The notes beneath the pieces are model-generated. The model worked only from the letters and a program-made list of their open reading frames with translations. It did no database searches and was not told where the DNA came from. The translations under genes and the position numbers were made by a program. Positions 9,819 to 18,042 of a stretch of 64,000 nucleotides of DNA are shown one piece after another. The stretch's first letter is position 1, and the number at the start of each line of letters is the position of its first letter. The stretch is from an uncultured virus (IMG/VR IMGVR_UViG_3300029915_000022) (lineage: Duplodnaviria; Heunggongvirae; Uroviricota; Caudoviricetes): IMG/VR virus record IMGVR_UViG_3300029915_000022. One strand, given 5' to 3'.

Positions 9819-10058
9819 CTAATCTTCTTCGAGGGATCTTAGGCGGATCTTTGCCAATTCGCGCTGATGGAGTAGCTCAACCCAGCTTGAAAAGAACTGA
9901 GGCATGTGATCCTTGATGTCGGAGATCCAGATCTTCCCGTCGGATCGAGGAACAACTCCACCTGCCTTCAAGGTGCGGCGAAGCTTACGGTGATCCCACT
10001 CGGTATTCACTTCACGAGCAAGATCCCGCATAGTATATGCGAGTTTAAGATTCAGCAT
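9819..10058 (-). CDS. Small HTH-like DNA-binding protein
   Basis: YTMRDLAREV...RKLRRTLK. Confidence 0.45.
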   Translation of the reverse strand: MLNLKLAYTMRDLAREVNTEWDHRKLRRTLKAGGVVPRSDGKIWISDIKDHMPQFFSSWVELLHQRELAKIRLRSLEED

Positions 10059-10700
10059 CTATTTATCCTTCACGAACTTAAAAGCGGGGTTACCCGATTT
10101 CCAAGTTTTCCCAGGAATAGCAACTCGCCGCCAACCCTGAATTCTCATACTAAATGGAACCAACGGCGCTGGAACGGCCCAATGCTCCCATCGTTGCAAT
10201 TCGGTTTTACCTTGTAGAGTAAGCCCCTTGGCAGAACCTCCGCAATTGAAAATAGATTGACGTTCTCCCTGCGGATTAACGTAGAACTTGTTTGTGGATA
10301 TACTTGTAGCGGTCCATCCAGAGCATAAGTACGTAAAGCCATTATGGTTTTGTCCCTTGTCCGAATAGGTCACCAATACCGGCCATCTAGATCGATCGAT
10401 TAAGAATTTCATTTGTCGCCATAGTGGCCGACTAATATGCTTTAGTTCTCTCTCTTTCTTGGGAATAGCAACCATTCTAGATAACGCTAGTACGGCCTGC
10501 GGTTCTTGCCAACACACCGATTTTGCTGCTCCAGGTGCCGGTGGTTGCCACATAAACCCAGCTACGATTTTCCCGCGTTCGAATACCCCGAATGCGTAAA
10601 CTGCTATTTTACCGGCGGATTTATATCCGTGGTACTTGTAACACAGTTCTTTAACTAATTCCGCATCACATAGTCGTAAATCGTAGGACGGATTTAGCAT
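10059..10700 (-). CDS. Mom-like (GNAT-fold) DNA base-modification protein
   Basis: KYHGY, ALSRMVA and LVTYSDKGQNHNGFTYLCSGW resemble the Mom family S/T-Y-x-D...H-x-G-x-x-Y-x-x-x-x-W motif; gene is noticeably more AT-rich than its neighbours. Confidence 0.7.
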   Translation of the reverse strand: MLNPSYDLRLCDAELVKELCYKYHGYKSAGKIAVYAFGVFERGKIVAGFMWQPPAPGAAKSVCWQEPQAVLALSRMVAIPKKERELKHISRPLWRQMKFLIDRSRWPVLVTYSDKGQNHNGFTYLCSGWTATSISTNKFYVNPQGERQSIFNCGGSAKGLTLQGKTELQRWEHWAVPAPLVPFSMRIQGWRRVAIPGKTWKSGNPAFKFVKDK

Positions 10701-11297
10701 CTATTTATCCGTAAATCGGTAATTCTCGACAAACTTCTGAAGAGCCATCGCAGCAACTCTTTCGCAATCATTCGATATCTGAACGATCGAAAAATTGTCC
10801 TCGATAGTAGAAGTCGGGGCAAGTCGCTTCTGAGATTTCTTGTCTGGCACGCCCATCTTCTTCAAAGAAAGATGGATAAGCCACTCAGACAACGGAAGTT
10901 TGCTCCGAACGCGTTTATGGATCTTCTTTGCGATTTCAGAAGCAATCGTCAGATTCGCGAAATGCCCGAAAGCTTCAAGACCGACATGAGGTTTCGAAAG
11001 CCAAACGGCCGCGAGCACGCCTTGGAAGTCCATCTGGAGCGAATCGTACGCCTTCTTAATCAGACGTACTCGACGGGCCGCATGAAACCCAGCCTTCCCT
11101 GTGGCCATCTTAAAAGCGGCCTCCGGATCCGTAATAAGGTCCGGTTCCTCATAGCCGCCTTGGGATCCTTCAAGCCTTGCCTGGATAGATCCTTGAATAG
11201 ACTTCCGGCCAAGGGCTCCGTCAGATTCGGTTGCCCACCACATAAGATCCTCTTGTTCGCGAGGATAGTATCGGAGAGGAAGAGGCGAGAGGCCCAT
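10701..11297 (-). CDS. Hypothetical protein, possible late-transcription regulator
   Basis: ATG overlaps upstream TAA (TAATG at 11299-11295). Confidence 0.5.
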   Translation of the reverse strand: MGLSPLPLRYYPREQEDLMWWATESDGALGRKSIQGSIQARLEGSQGGYEEPDLITDPEAAFKMATGKAGFHAARRVRLIKKAYDSLQMDFQGVLAAVWLSKPHVGLEAFGHFANLTIASEIAKKIHKRVRSKLPLSEWLIHLSLKKMGVPDKKSQKRLAPTSTIEDNFSIVQISNDCERVAAMALQKFVENYRFTDK

Positions 11298-11914
11298 TAC
11301 TTGATCCCAAGTTGGATAAGGGCATCTTCCGAATGAACTTGGCAAGTGCAGTCCTTCAGTGCCTTGATTGCCATGTCAAGACCCTTGTCGAGCGCGTCCG
11401 GTGCGGGATGGGCGGCGAGGGCATCATCAATCACGAATTGCGCTGCGTTCGTACATTCAGTCGGCGCACAGCCGTGGCGCTCTTCAACCTCGTTGAAGTG
11501 TGCTCGCGCAATCTTTAGCGCCTCCCGCAGCCTCCGCGCGTCGAGATGCGCGAGCATCAGGCGCCGAGCGGCAACGCGGCTCCCGTGCTGAAAGCCAGCG
11601 CAAATCATGTCCCCGTCTGAGCCGCCGTCTGCGGCCCAGACTTGACGCATGAGTTCAACAACCTTCTCCGGGCCGAGGCTTCCATTCTCCCGCGCCACCT
11701 CGGCGTCCAGCGCTGCGAGCTGCGCCTCGAGCCGCTTGGCGCGGAGGATGTGCTGGGCGTCGCGGGCCTCGAATTCGGGCCTCAGCGCGGACACAAAAGA
11801 ACGGGGCAGGAAATCTCCACGATCGACGCGAGCAATCAGTTCAACAGAAACTCGCTCTGCCCATGCGTCCGCGCTCTCCATCCCCTCGGCCTCTTTCGTC
11901 TCTTCCATGCTCAT
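11297..11914 (-). CDS. Hypothetical protein
   Basis: ATGA coupling with upstream gene; GAGG RBS. Confidence 0.5.
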   Translation of the reverse strand: MSMEETKEAEGMESADAWAERVSVELIARVDRGDFLPRSFVSALRPEFEARDAQHILRAKRLEAQLAALDAEVARENGSLGPEKVVELMRQVWAADGGSDGDMICAGFQHGSRVAARRLMLAHLDARRLREALKIARAHFNEVEERHGCAPTECTNAAQFVIDDALAAHPAPDALDKGLDMAIKALKDCTCQVHSEDALIQLGIK

Positions 11915-12180
11915 GGCTTCCTCGTCCTCTTCTTCTCTGCTTCCCATTCAGCCACGCGGCGATCTAGCGTCTTAGCGTTCGGCGTTGACAGCTTCACGTC
12001 GTATCCGCGCCGCGCCAACGCGTCGAACAGTTCATAATCGGTCGCCTCGTTGACCGTGATGTCACTGTATTCCGGCAGGTCATCGAGCCGGGCTCGAGCG
12101 ATCTTTATGCTCATGCTCCCGCTGCAGGCCCCGCTGTTCGGCGTTCTCTTGGTCGCCTGATTGTTCTCTTCCGTGCTCAT
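11911..12180 (-). CDS. Hypothetical protein flanked by 26-bp direct repeats
   Basis: Start MSTEENN at 12180 with GAGG RBS. Confidence 0.5.
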   Translation of the reverse strand: MSTEENNQATKRTPNSGACSGSMSIKIARARLDDLPEYSDITVNEATDYELFDALARRGYDVKLSTPNAKTLDRRVAEWEAEKKRTRKP

Positions 12181-12208
12181 GGCTTCCTCGTCTTCTCTTC
12201 GGGAGTTG

Positions 12209-12556
12209 TCATTTCGTCGCCTCAATAAGGATACGCACCATATCCGCAAGTCGGAAAAGACCAGTTTTCTGGTCTTCCTGAAGTTTGGAGAGAACGCGAA
12301 GAGCTGCAACCTTCAGAACGGAGTATCTCCCTTCAGCTCCAAGTCGGAGGAACTGCTCCTTCCGAATCTGGCGCTGCATACACTTCACGATTTCGTCGTG
12401 GTCGCCTGTCCAAGCTCGGCAATCGTCCTTGTTTGTATGGTTCTTACCAGACTTTTGTCCACAGGTGCAGAACGTATCCTTCGGAGGCGTCCAGGGCTTG
12501 CCGGGAGAAATGATCAGTCGGCCCTTGAACATTCGGGGCTTCTTGGGCTCGGTCAT
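12209..12556 (-). CDS. Hypothetical protein
   Basis: Coupled ORF in leftward operon. Confidence 0.5.
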   Translation of the reverse strand: MTEPKKPRMFKGRLIISPGKPWTPPKDTFCTCGQKSGKNHTNKDDCRAWTGDHDEIVKCMQRQIRKEQFLRLGAEGRYSVLKVAALRVLSKLQEDQKTGLFRLADMVRILIEATK

Positions 12557-12987
12557 ACCGGGTCCTCCGACGTACCAGGAAACGGAAGGGAAGGGCGAAG
12601 TCCAACACCGTCTCGAACCTTCGCCATATGCTTTTCGCGAGGAATCCGCTTGTCGAGCTCTTCGATCCTCTTAAGCTCTTGAAGGATCAACCCGCCAAGT
12701 GAAAGGCGACGCGATTCAGTCAAGGCGATAAGGGTAAGAGCCACTCCTGCAATCTCCTGATTGACTTCACCGGGAGGGCGACTGTAGACGCGGAATACGA
12801 TCTCGCGAACCTGCTCCTCGGACATTCCCATCGCCTGAGAAAGCTCGACAGATTCTTCAAGCTGACGAGAACCGCGCTCGTGCTGATCGTAGAAGATTTC
12901 GGTCCCAAAGGTCGCGCAGACCCACTCCCGCATCCGCTTCCCAGCTTTGATAATGTCGAACGCCATTAGGACACTCCTCTGGTCCAA
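12553..12987 (-). CDS. MazG-like all-alpha NTP pyrophosphohydrolase
   Basis: W...TFG...ER..R.LEE..EL and QEIAGV motifs. Confidence 0.55.
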   Translation of the reverse strand: MDQRSVLMAFDIIKAGKRMREWVCATFGTEIFYDQHERGSRQLEESVELSQAMGMSEEQVREIVFRVYSRPPGEVNQEIAGVALTLIALTESRRLSLGGLILQELKRIEELDKRIPREKHMAKVRDGVGLRPSLPFPGTSEDPV

Positions 12988-13259
12988 CGTCGGGTAATAA
13001 CGCCACTGTCCACAAAATCTCGACGAATAAATCCGTCTGCCGACAATATGGCGTAGATTCGTCGAGAAATGGATTCATGTGTAGATAGAGTAGCGGAGAT
13101 GTACGGTTGTAGATCAGAGATAATATCCCCGGTTGTGAAGGTAAGTTGCCGAGCTCGCTGCCTCGCATGAGTCAGAACGAGGTCCTCCCACGGATCGTCA
13201 TAGACGCCCATTAGAGGGCTCCCCATCGAAGGAACAGGCAAAGGGCGACAGTTGACCAT
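12966..13259 (-). CDS. Hypothetical protein, possible winged helix
   Basis: ORF in leftward operon. Confidence 0.4.
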   Translation of the reverse strand: MVNCRPLPVPSMGSPLMGVYDDPWEDLVLTHARQRARQLTFTTGDIISDLQPYISATLSTHESISRRIYAILSADGFIRRDFVDSGVITRRWTRGVS

Positions 13260-13341
13260 TCTTCAGGGTTATGCGGGGGCATCACCTTGGTCCAGAACCA
13301 GAGGTCGTTCTGGAGGAGTAGCCAAGCCGGTTTCGGAAGCA

Positions 13342-13569
13342 TTATTCGCCCGCTCTTTCTGCGGCTTCGGAGATTGCCCACTTTAGCGCATGGCATCGCA
13401 TACACCCCGTCTTGATGGCATCGACACGATTCTTTTCCTCTTCTCGGTTGCTCTCAAGGAACTTGTACTCTTCCTGATGATCGCGAGCAGTAAGCTCGTG
13501 CATCTGTAGATCTTGTCGAAGCTCCTTTACGTACCACTCGAAAGGCGGGTTGAAGCTATTCCAAGCCAT
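13342..13569 (-). CDS. Hypothetical protein
   Basis: GGAGG RBS before MAWNSF. Confidence 0.45.
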   Translation of the reverse strand: MAWNSFNPPFEWYVKELRQDLQMHELTARDHQEEYKFLESNREEEKNRVDAIKTGCMRCHALKWAISEAAERAGE

Positions 13570-13978
13570 GTTCAACCCTCCAGACGAACAAGGACCGCGT
13601 GATATGGAGCCCCAACCGGTCCCGAAGGACGTTGCAGGCACTCGTGACGTCATCCTGCCTATGCCCGTCCCGGTATTCTCGAATCTTTTCCATATCGGCC
13701 CGCCAACCGTCGATCTCCGTCATAGTGACGGTGAAGTTCGGAGCGTACAACTCATGCCGATGGAGTACATTCCCGAGGATCTGGTAGTAGGCGCGGAACA
13801 TGGATGAGACTTCGCGAACCTTCTTCTCTACCCGTGCATCCAGGATGGGCAGGTCGAAGATCGCGCCTTGGTCCACGTTATAGCCTTTATCCACAAGCAG
13901 TTGGCGGAAGGACGCTTTCTCGGGAACCTCGCGGAGCATGTGGCCAGGAGAAAGGCTTGGGTCGAGTTGGTTATTCAT
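13556..13978 (-). CDS. Hypothetical protein
   Basis: Overlapping operonic ORF. Confidence 0.5.
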   Translation of the reverse strand: MNNQLDPSLSPGHMLREVPEKASFRQLLVDKGYNVDQGAIFDLPILDARVEKKVREVSSMFRAYYQILGNVLHRHELYAPNFTVTMTEIDGWRADMEKIREYRDGHRQDDVTSACNVLRDRLGLHITRSLFVWRVEHGLE

Positions 13979-14162
13979 CGGTAGCCGCCTCTACCAAAGC
14001 GTAGAGCTCTGGGATTGTGAGTGTAAATCGTTCTTTTCCGTTGACTACCCAAGTGGCTGTTTCGCTCACGTGGCTGACACGTAACTCTCCAACGCGTTCT
14101 TCAGGCTCGCTTGGATCTTGAGAGATCACTGAATCTTTGAATTTGCAACTAACTATGCGCAT
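13971..14162 (-). CDS. Hypothetical protein, first gene of leftward unit
   Basis: AAAGG RBS upstream. Confidence 0.45.
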   Translation of the reverse strand: MRIVSCKFKDSVISQDPSEPEERVGELRVSHVSETATWVVNGKERFTLTIPELYALVEAATDE

Positions 14163-14530
14163 TGTGTCTAACCTTTCGCAGTTGGGCCAAAATGGGACAT
14201 AATTGTAGGGATTTCAAAGGATTTGTAGATCCTTTCAGGATTCTTAGTTGTTTTGGCCCAAATTTTGGATTCGTTCAATAAAGGATCTTTTGATAATGGA
14301 GAAATTTTTATCTATTAGGTATGGTATGTAAAATCTTCTACATTACATTTTGGATTATTTGGGCATGTAAAATCTTCTCTATGAGGTACTAGATTGGATT
14401 CGTTCGTACATTGGGATCCCTCGCGCCCCTACCCCGCCCCTTTGCAATTTCGCATGTAATTACATAGGCTTGCAAACGGGTAAGCCTAAAGGCTTATATT
14501 TGCCGCCCCATGGTAGGTCTGGCAGTAGGA

Positions 14531-15547
14531 AGGGCGTATAGGGTAGGGCAAGCCCCAGGTAGCCCCTAGGGCGTGGCTAGCATAATAGGCGGGTAGGGCT
14601 ATACCCCCGCGCCCCGCAATTGGGCGCAATGGCAGTATATTTACATATAAGTAATGGCATAAGTAATGGGCTAGCCAAATTATAGGCTAGGCAAGTATAT
14701 TAAGCCCATTAGCCCGCTTGGCAGGTAAGGCCAGCGGTATGGCGCTAGTAAGCCATACTTAATGCAAGCCTTACGCGGGGCTAATACTTAATAAAGCTAA
14801 ATAGGCAAGCCCATTACGCCAGTAAAAGCCCTTACCCTAGCAAGGTAAGGCGCGGTAAGTAATAGGCATATGCCAGCAAGCCTTATTACCATAATGCTAA
14901 TACATTACATAAAGCTAAGTAAGCCCCCAGTATGCGGCTTTAGCTATGTATAGCGCATTACTTAATGCTTTGTATTTGCTTAGCAAATAGCTAAGCCCAA
15001 AGTATTGTAAAAGCGCAATGTAAATGCAATGTGTAAGTAATAAGGGCTAAGTATGCTGGCAATGCCTAGGCGGTATTACATACGGCAATGGCCTAATGCT
15101 TAATGCTTAGTAAGTATAATTACTTATTAAGCATTGCGCAATAGGGCGCATATTACAAAAGGCGGCAAAAATGTATAAGCATTATATGGCAGGGCCCACC
15201 AAGCCTAATGCCAAGGGCGCGGCAAAGGTGCAGGCAGGGGCAGCATGCGGCGCAATTATGCGGGCAGGCGACATGTATGCGGACCCCGCGCCCGGCCTGC
15301 GCGGCGTGGCCTGCGCTACCTGCCCCGCGTGCCAGCAAGCGCGCCCCCAGCGCCCAAGTGCTACGCCGTGGCAGGCCATTGCGCCCAAGCCCGTGCAAGC
15401 TGCCCCAGCGCGCCCGGTGCCGTACCGCGTACAAGCCCTTGCCGCGCGGCTTGCCCGCTATGGGCGCTAGCAGGGCCGTGGCAAGGCAACAAGCGCTAGC
15501 AAGCGCGCAGGGCTAAGGTAGCTTAGCCTTGCGCGGTTACTAGGGCT
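14531..15547. other. GA/TC-depleted block at the transcriptional divergence point
   Basis: Manual scan: no GA or TC dinucleotide in 14531-15269; only two GA (15270, 15282) up to 15547. Confidence 0.95.
15171..15470 (+). CDS. Small Cys-containing early protein inside the GA/TC-free block
   Basis: 99 aa, C..IMRAGD...CATCPAC; no Glu; its two Asp codons are the only GA in the block. Confidence 0.6.
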   Translation: MYKHYMAGPTKPNAKGAAKVQAGAACGAIMRAGDMYADPAPGLRGVACATCPACQQARPQRPSATPWQAIAPKPVQAAPARPVPYRVQALAARLARYGR

Positions 15548-15582
15548 TCGCCCCTTGTACCTAGCGAGCAATAATGCTCGCT
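15547..15582 (+). promoter_or_regulatory. Putative sigma70-like promoter with overlapping 8-bp palindrome
   Basis: TTCGCC-17-AATAAT; AGCGAGCA-ATAA-TGCTCGCT at 15563-15582. Confidence 0.4.
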
Positions 15583-15600
15583 CAAGCGGAAGGTATTACC

Positions 15601-16047
15601 ATGTCCTCCAAGAACAACGGCAACAAGGCCCCCAAGATCAACGTCCAGGCGGAAGGCCCCGCGCTCAGCCTCAAGGTGGAAGAGTACAGCGGCGAGGGCG
15701 GCATGAGCCCCGAGCAGGTCGCGGTCATGCAGTCGCTCCCGCAGGCCATCGGCGACGGCAAGGCCGAGGAGCAGAAGAAGGAGCGCCACCCCGACCGCCT
15801 CAAGGCGTCGGAGCTCGCCAGCCCGGTCGCCACGGTCAAGGCCATGTTCACCGCGCTCCACGCGGCCGACCCGACCATGACCCGCAAGGCGATGCTGGAC
15901 GTCGCGATCAGCAAGGGAATCGCCTTCTACACCGCACGCACGCAGTATCAAGTCTGGAAGAAGGGCGGAGCGGACTCGGCGCCGATCAACGTCAAGCCGA
16001 CGCTCGACCTCAACGCCTTCGCGGCTGGACTCGCCAAGTCGGCGTAG
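15601..16047 (+). CDS. TQY-x-x-W family protein, paralog 1 (putative DNA-binding)
   Basis: RKAMLDVAISKGIAFYTARTQYQVW; GGAAGG RBS. Confidence 0.75.
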   Translation: MSSKNNGNKAPKINVQAEGPALSLKVEEYSGEGGMSPEQVAVMQSLPQAIGDGKAEEQKKERHPDRLKASELASPVATVKAMFTALHAADPTMTRKAMLDVAISKGIAFYTARTQYQVWKKGGADSAPINVKPTLDLNAFAAGLAKSA

Positions 16048-16058
16048 TAAGTAGATCC

Positions 16059-16114
16059 TCAAGGCAGCTACTGCAGATCATGTTCAATGGTCTGCAGTGT
16101 CGGCACTGAGGCCG
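16059..16114 (+). repeat. Structured intergenic element, copy A
   Basis: TCAAGGCAGCT + 11-bp hairpin + GT + CGGC-ACTGAG-GCCG, then GGAGG and ATG 16127. Confidence 0.85.
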
Positions 16115-16126
16115 AATGGAGGTATC

Positions 16127-16288
16127 ATGGAAACGAACAACCGGCAAGCGTACCAAATGCACTTCGAGGAGCTGGTGGATCTCCTCGCCCAAGGAATGAT
16201 GTACACGAGGGACAACACGTACAACGATGGTCAGCAGTGGATGTACTTCGACTCACTCTGGATCGAACTCCTCAGCCGGGGAGGGTAA
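16127..16288 (+). CDS. Hypothetical early protein
   Basis: GGAGG RBS. Confidence 0.55.
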   Translation: METNNRQAYQMHFEELVDLLAQGMMYTRDNTYNDGQQWMYFDSLWIELLSRGG

Positions 16289-16293
16289 GGACG

Positions 16294-16458
16294 ATGGACG
16301 GCTGCGAGTGGCCTCGCACTGAAGACGGGCACATTCTGTGCGAAGAACCCACCGGGTGCCACACCTGTCGGATCAACTTCCCAATCGATTGCGCAGAATG
16401 GGAAGCTCGTTACGAAGACTACGAGCGCTCCAAACTTCCGGAAGGGACCAAGGCATGA
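16294..16458 (+). CDS. Small Cys-rich protein
   Basis: AGGA RBS; C...C..C...C pattern. Confidence 0.45.
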   Translation: MDGCEWPRTEDGHILCEEPTGCHTCRINFPIDCAEWEARYEDYERSKLPEGTKA

Positions 16459-16550
16459 CCACAAGGACCTTCTTCATCTGGCTCGCGGCTGTCTTCATCG
16501 CTGACGTCGCGGCCAGCTTCCTCATCGTTTTCATCATCCTTCACTGGTAG
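16455..16550 (+). CDS. Small membrane peptide
   Basis: ATGA coupling; MTTRTFFIWLAAVFIADVAASFLIVFIILHW. Confidence 0.45.
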   Translation: MTTRTFFIWLAAVFIADVAASFLIVFIILHW

Positions 16551-16553
16551 GCT

Positions 16554-16610
16554 TCATGGCAGCTAATGCCGATCAGCTTCGGTTGGTCGGCATTGACGGC
16601 AATCAAGCCG
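16554..16610 (+). repeat. Structured intergenic element, copy B
   Basis: TCATGGCAGCT + 13-bp hairpin closed by C(TTCG)G + GA + CGGC-AATCAA-GCCG, then GAGGG and ATG 16627. Confidence 0.85.
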
Positions 16611-16626
16611 AGAAGAGGGTAAGACA

Positions 16627-16821
16627 ATGATCTACATCACCTGCCACTTCAAGCACAGCGGGAAGACGAAGGTCTACCGGTTCGACAATCCGCTCGCCGC
16701 GATCATGTTCGCTCAGAGCGCCAGTGCAGTCGGCATCCCGTACGAGATCACGGAGGTCGATCAGAATCTGCCTGACGTCGGCCCCGCGATGCAGCTCACC
16801 TCTAACCAGCACATGGAGTAG
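16627..16821 (+). CDS. Hypothetical early protein
   Basis: RBS and ORF after element B. Confidence 0.55.
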   Translation: MIYITCHFKHSGKTKVYRFDNPLAAIMFAQSASAVGIPYEITEVDQNLPDVGPAMQLTSNQHME

Positions 16822-16824
16822 ATC

Positions 16825-17295
16825 ATGTCAACCGTGATTCAGCAACTTGCCGCGATCGTTACTGCTCGCCTCTTTTGTCTCGACAAGATGAACGCCGCTG
16901 CCGTATCTCCCAGCAATCCTAGCACCGCAGAAACCGCCCGCGACTTCTCGCACTGTCAGGAAATGGCGGAGAGGCACGCCGATACCATAGCAGATATTGA
17001 GCGGCGTTATTTGCCGCACGGTAGCGGTATCGACTGCGGAACCAAGGTGGACCTAGTAAAGAGCAGCGGAAACAAGCTAGTTCTCAACTTCGGCTTTCAT
17101 CACATGGATCGGTCCGGGTATTATTGCGGTTGGAGTGACAATACCGTCACGATCCGTCCTCACCTTCAGTTTCTCTTCACTCTCGACTTCAAGACGAGCG
17201 GTCAAGACCAGAACAGCAAGCGATCGCGCGATTCCCGCGACTATTACTACAATGTTTTCCACTTTTCGCTTTGCAAAATCTGGCAGAAAGAATAA
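16825..17295 (+). CDS. Hypothetical protein
   Basis: GGAG RBS; LPHGSGIDCG...FHHMD..GYY.GW. Confidence 0.6.
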   Translation: MSTVIQQLAAIVTARLFCLDKMNAAAVSPSNPSTAETARDFSHCQEMAERHADTIADIERRYLPHGSGIDCGTKVDLVKSSGNKLVLNFGFHHMDRSGYYCGWSDNTVTIRPHLQFLFTLDFKTSGQDQNSKRSRDSRDYYYNVFHFSLCKIWQKE

Positions 17296-17376
17296 AAGGA
17301 GATCCTGCTCGGGCTTCCGTACAGATCAACGTCCGGAAGCCTCATGCAGTACCTACCCCGAAGAAGGAGTCACCAC

Positions 17377-17964
17377 ATGTCATTCCCGAATACGTTCAAA
17401 GAGTTCATCGCAGAAGTCAAGGAAGACGCTCGCCCCGATCAACATCCGGCATTGGATGTGATGGTTGGTATGTTCGAGTCGTACGCGATGTGCAAGAACC
17501 AGGCGACGCTGAACCTGGTCTTGGGCATGGAGGGCGAGCCTAACCAGATCAGCCTCAACCAGATCGAAGTTGTCTATCGCAATCTCGCCCTCAGCCTCGG
17601 CGACGACGGAACGGTCTACAAGGCTGCGATCGTCTCGTTCATCGCGTCCATCGTGACGAACGCTGCCTTCGACGAGTATGTTCAGTGGGTCGAGATCAAC
17701 GTCCACCGGAAGTTACTCGCAAAGGGCGACAATCGGACGACGGAACAGCTCATTCGCTGGTGGTACTCGTATTCCGATGCCGAGATGATGATCGAAGATC
17801 GGGATGGCGGTACCATCGCGTTTATGATCCAAGATGGAGTCGAACCCAAGACCATCCAATCGATCGTTGAATATTGGAACGATCTGGAAATGGACGATGC
17901 TCTGGACAACGCGCAGCTCGAAGCTTTCCGCAATGGCATCAAGGAGTTCTACGGTGTAGAGTAG
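17377..17964 (+). CDS. Hypothetical acidic protein
   Basis: AGGAG RBS before MSFPNT. Confidence 0.55.
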   Translation: MSFPNTFKEFIAEVKEDARPDQHPALDVMVGMFESYAMCKNQATLNLVLGMEGEPNQISLNQIEVVYRNLALSLGDDGTVYKAAIVSFIASIVTNAAFDEYVQWVEINVHRKLLAKGDNRTTEQLIRWWYSYSDAEMMIEDRDGGTIAFMIQDGVEPKTIQSIVEYWNDLEMDDALDNAQLEAFRNGIKEFYGVE

Positions 17965-17966
17965 CT

Positions 17967-18024
17967 TCAAGGCAGCTTGAGATCATGTTCTGTACGAACA
18001 TGATCTCAGTCGGCACTGATGCCG
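17967..18024 (+). repeat. Structured intergenic element, copy C
   Basis: TCAAGGCAGCT + 13-bp perfect hairpin + GT + CGGC-ACTGAT-GCCG, then AGGAG and ATG 18043. Confidence 0.85.
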
Positions 18025-18042
18025 CTTAGCAAGGAGAAGATC

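Noticed and set aside
14531..15547. Avoidance of GGC as a second modification motif; simple low-complexity artefact
   Set aside because: GGC/GCC is abundant in the block; the block is non-repetitive, spans both AT-rich and GC-rich parts, and the same avoidance recurs at promoters elsewhere
16059..18024. Assignment of the three-copy element to hammerhead, twister, pistol or attC families
   Set aside because: Required cores (for example CUGAUGA plus GAAA, twister pseudoknot strands, RYYYAAC/GTTRRRY ends) are not present in all copies
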